From positions 44,802-85,268 of the forward strand of contig JBHLOC010000021.1 of assembly GCA_048940925.1 (NCBI GenBank): a stretch of 40,467 bases of DNA, given 5' to 3'. How positions within the stretch are numbered: position 1 is the stretch's first letter; each line of letters starts with the position of its first letter. The notes beneath the pieces were generated by a model, which saw nothing but the letters and a program-made list of their open reading frames with translations, was not told the origin of the DNA and did not search any database. This stretch comes from Promethearchaeota archaeon (GTDB lineage: Archaea; Asgardarchaeota; Lokiarchaeia; Sigyniarchaeales; SOKP01). This document shows, piece after piece, positions 39,956 to 40,467 of this stretch. The translations under genes were made by a program, and so were the position numbers.

Positions 39956-40467
39956 ATGATGGAAAATAACAGTAATCTTAATCAATTAGATCAAACACAG
40001 CTTGAAAAAATGCTCAAGTCTGGCACCACAACAGTTGGAATAATCATTAAAGATGGAGTGATTCTCGGCACGGAAAGTCAAGCCACTGCTGGGTATACTG
40101 TCGCCTCTAAGCAAGCTCAGAAATTATTTGAAATTAATAAATATACTGCAGCAACGATTGCAGGGGGGGTTGCGGACTGTCAATATGTCGTAAACCAAAT
40201 ACGTGCTTTATCTCGTTTAAAAGAAGTTGAAGAAGGAGAAGTTCCGGAACCTAAGTATGTAGCCTCAATTTGCCGCAATATACTTTTTTCTGGTCGAACC
40301 TATTTTATAAGCATGATGATAATTGGCGGATATTCCTCCAAAGAAGAATATGGGAAGCTTTATGGAATCGATCTCTTGGGCACGCTATATGAAGAAGATC
40401 AATATATATCATTTGGTAGTGGTTCTCCCTTTACTTTAGGTGTGTTAGAAGCTGATTGGAAGCCAAA
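39956..40467 (+). CDS. psmB: Proteasome subunit beta (3'-truncated by the window edge; not in the ORF track)
   Basis: MMENNSNLNQLDQTQLEKMLKSG|TTTVGIIIKDGVILGTESQATAG...QKLFEI...AGGVADCQ...GSGSP; propeptide, Thr1, Glu17 and Lys33 are all present. Confidence 0.96.
   Translation, partial: MMENNSNLNQLDQTQLEKMLKSGTTTVGIIIKDGVILGTESQATAGYTVASKQAQKLFEINKYTAATIAGGVADCQYVVNQIRALSRLKEVEEGEVPEPKYVASICRNILFSGRTYFISMMIIGGYSSKEEYGKLYGIDLLGTLYEEDQYISFGSGSPFTLGVLEADWKP

Noticed and set aside
1-40467. CRISPR array, rRNA or IS element
   Set aside because: No regularly spaced repeats, long GC-rich RNA segments or transposase ORFs were seen. Short AT-only palindromes in intergenic DNA are expected at this base composition.

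Overview
AT-rich archaeal chromosomal segment, probably Asgard/Lokiarchaeia-like. The archaeal assignment rests on rps8e, srp19, archaeal GluRS, a proteasome beta subunit and an intron-containing tRNA; the narrower lineage call is an inference. It carries about 33 protein genes, mostly metabolic, transport and housekeeping, plus tRNA-Arg(GCG) and tRNA-Pro(GGG), the latter with a 30-nt intron at position 27/28. No CRISPR array, integrase or transposase was seen. Most notable: (1) an old tandem duplication at tRNA-Pro of a cassette made of a 60-bp promoter-like block, a ~500-aa protein of unknown family and a tRNA, where the first tRNA copy has become a shortened tRNA-like element with no anticodon arm but a re-paired acceptor-type stem; (2) an SDR / small protein / atypical ALDH / small protein operon whose two small genes are divergent paralogs, possibly SCP2-like; (3) a free-standing two-motif LAGLIDADG gene just downstream of tRNA-Arg; (4) a ~717-codon membrane-anchored PHP-type hydrolase split by one in-frame TAA; (5) a frameshifted gene at 4359-4911 that the ORF track misses. 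All family calls come from motif recognition by eye; no searches were run.
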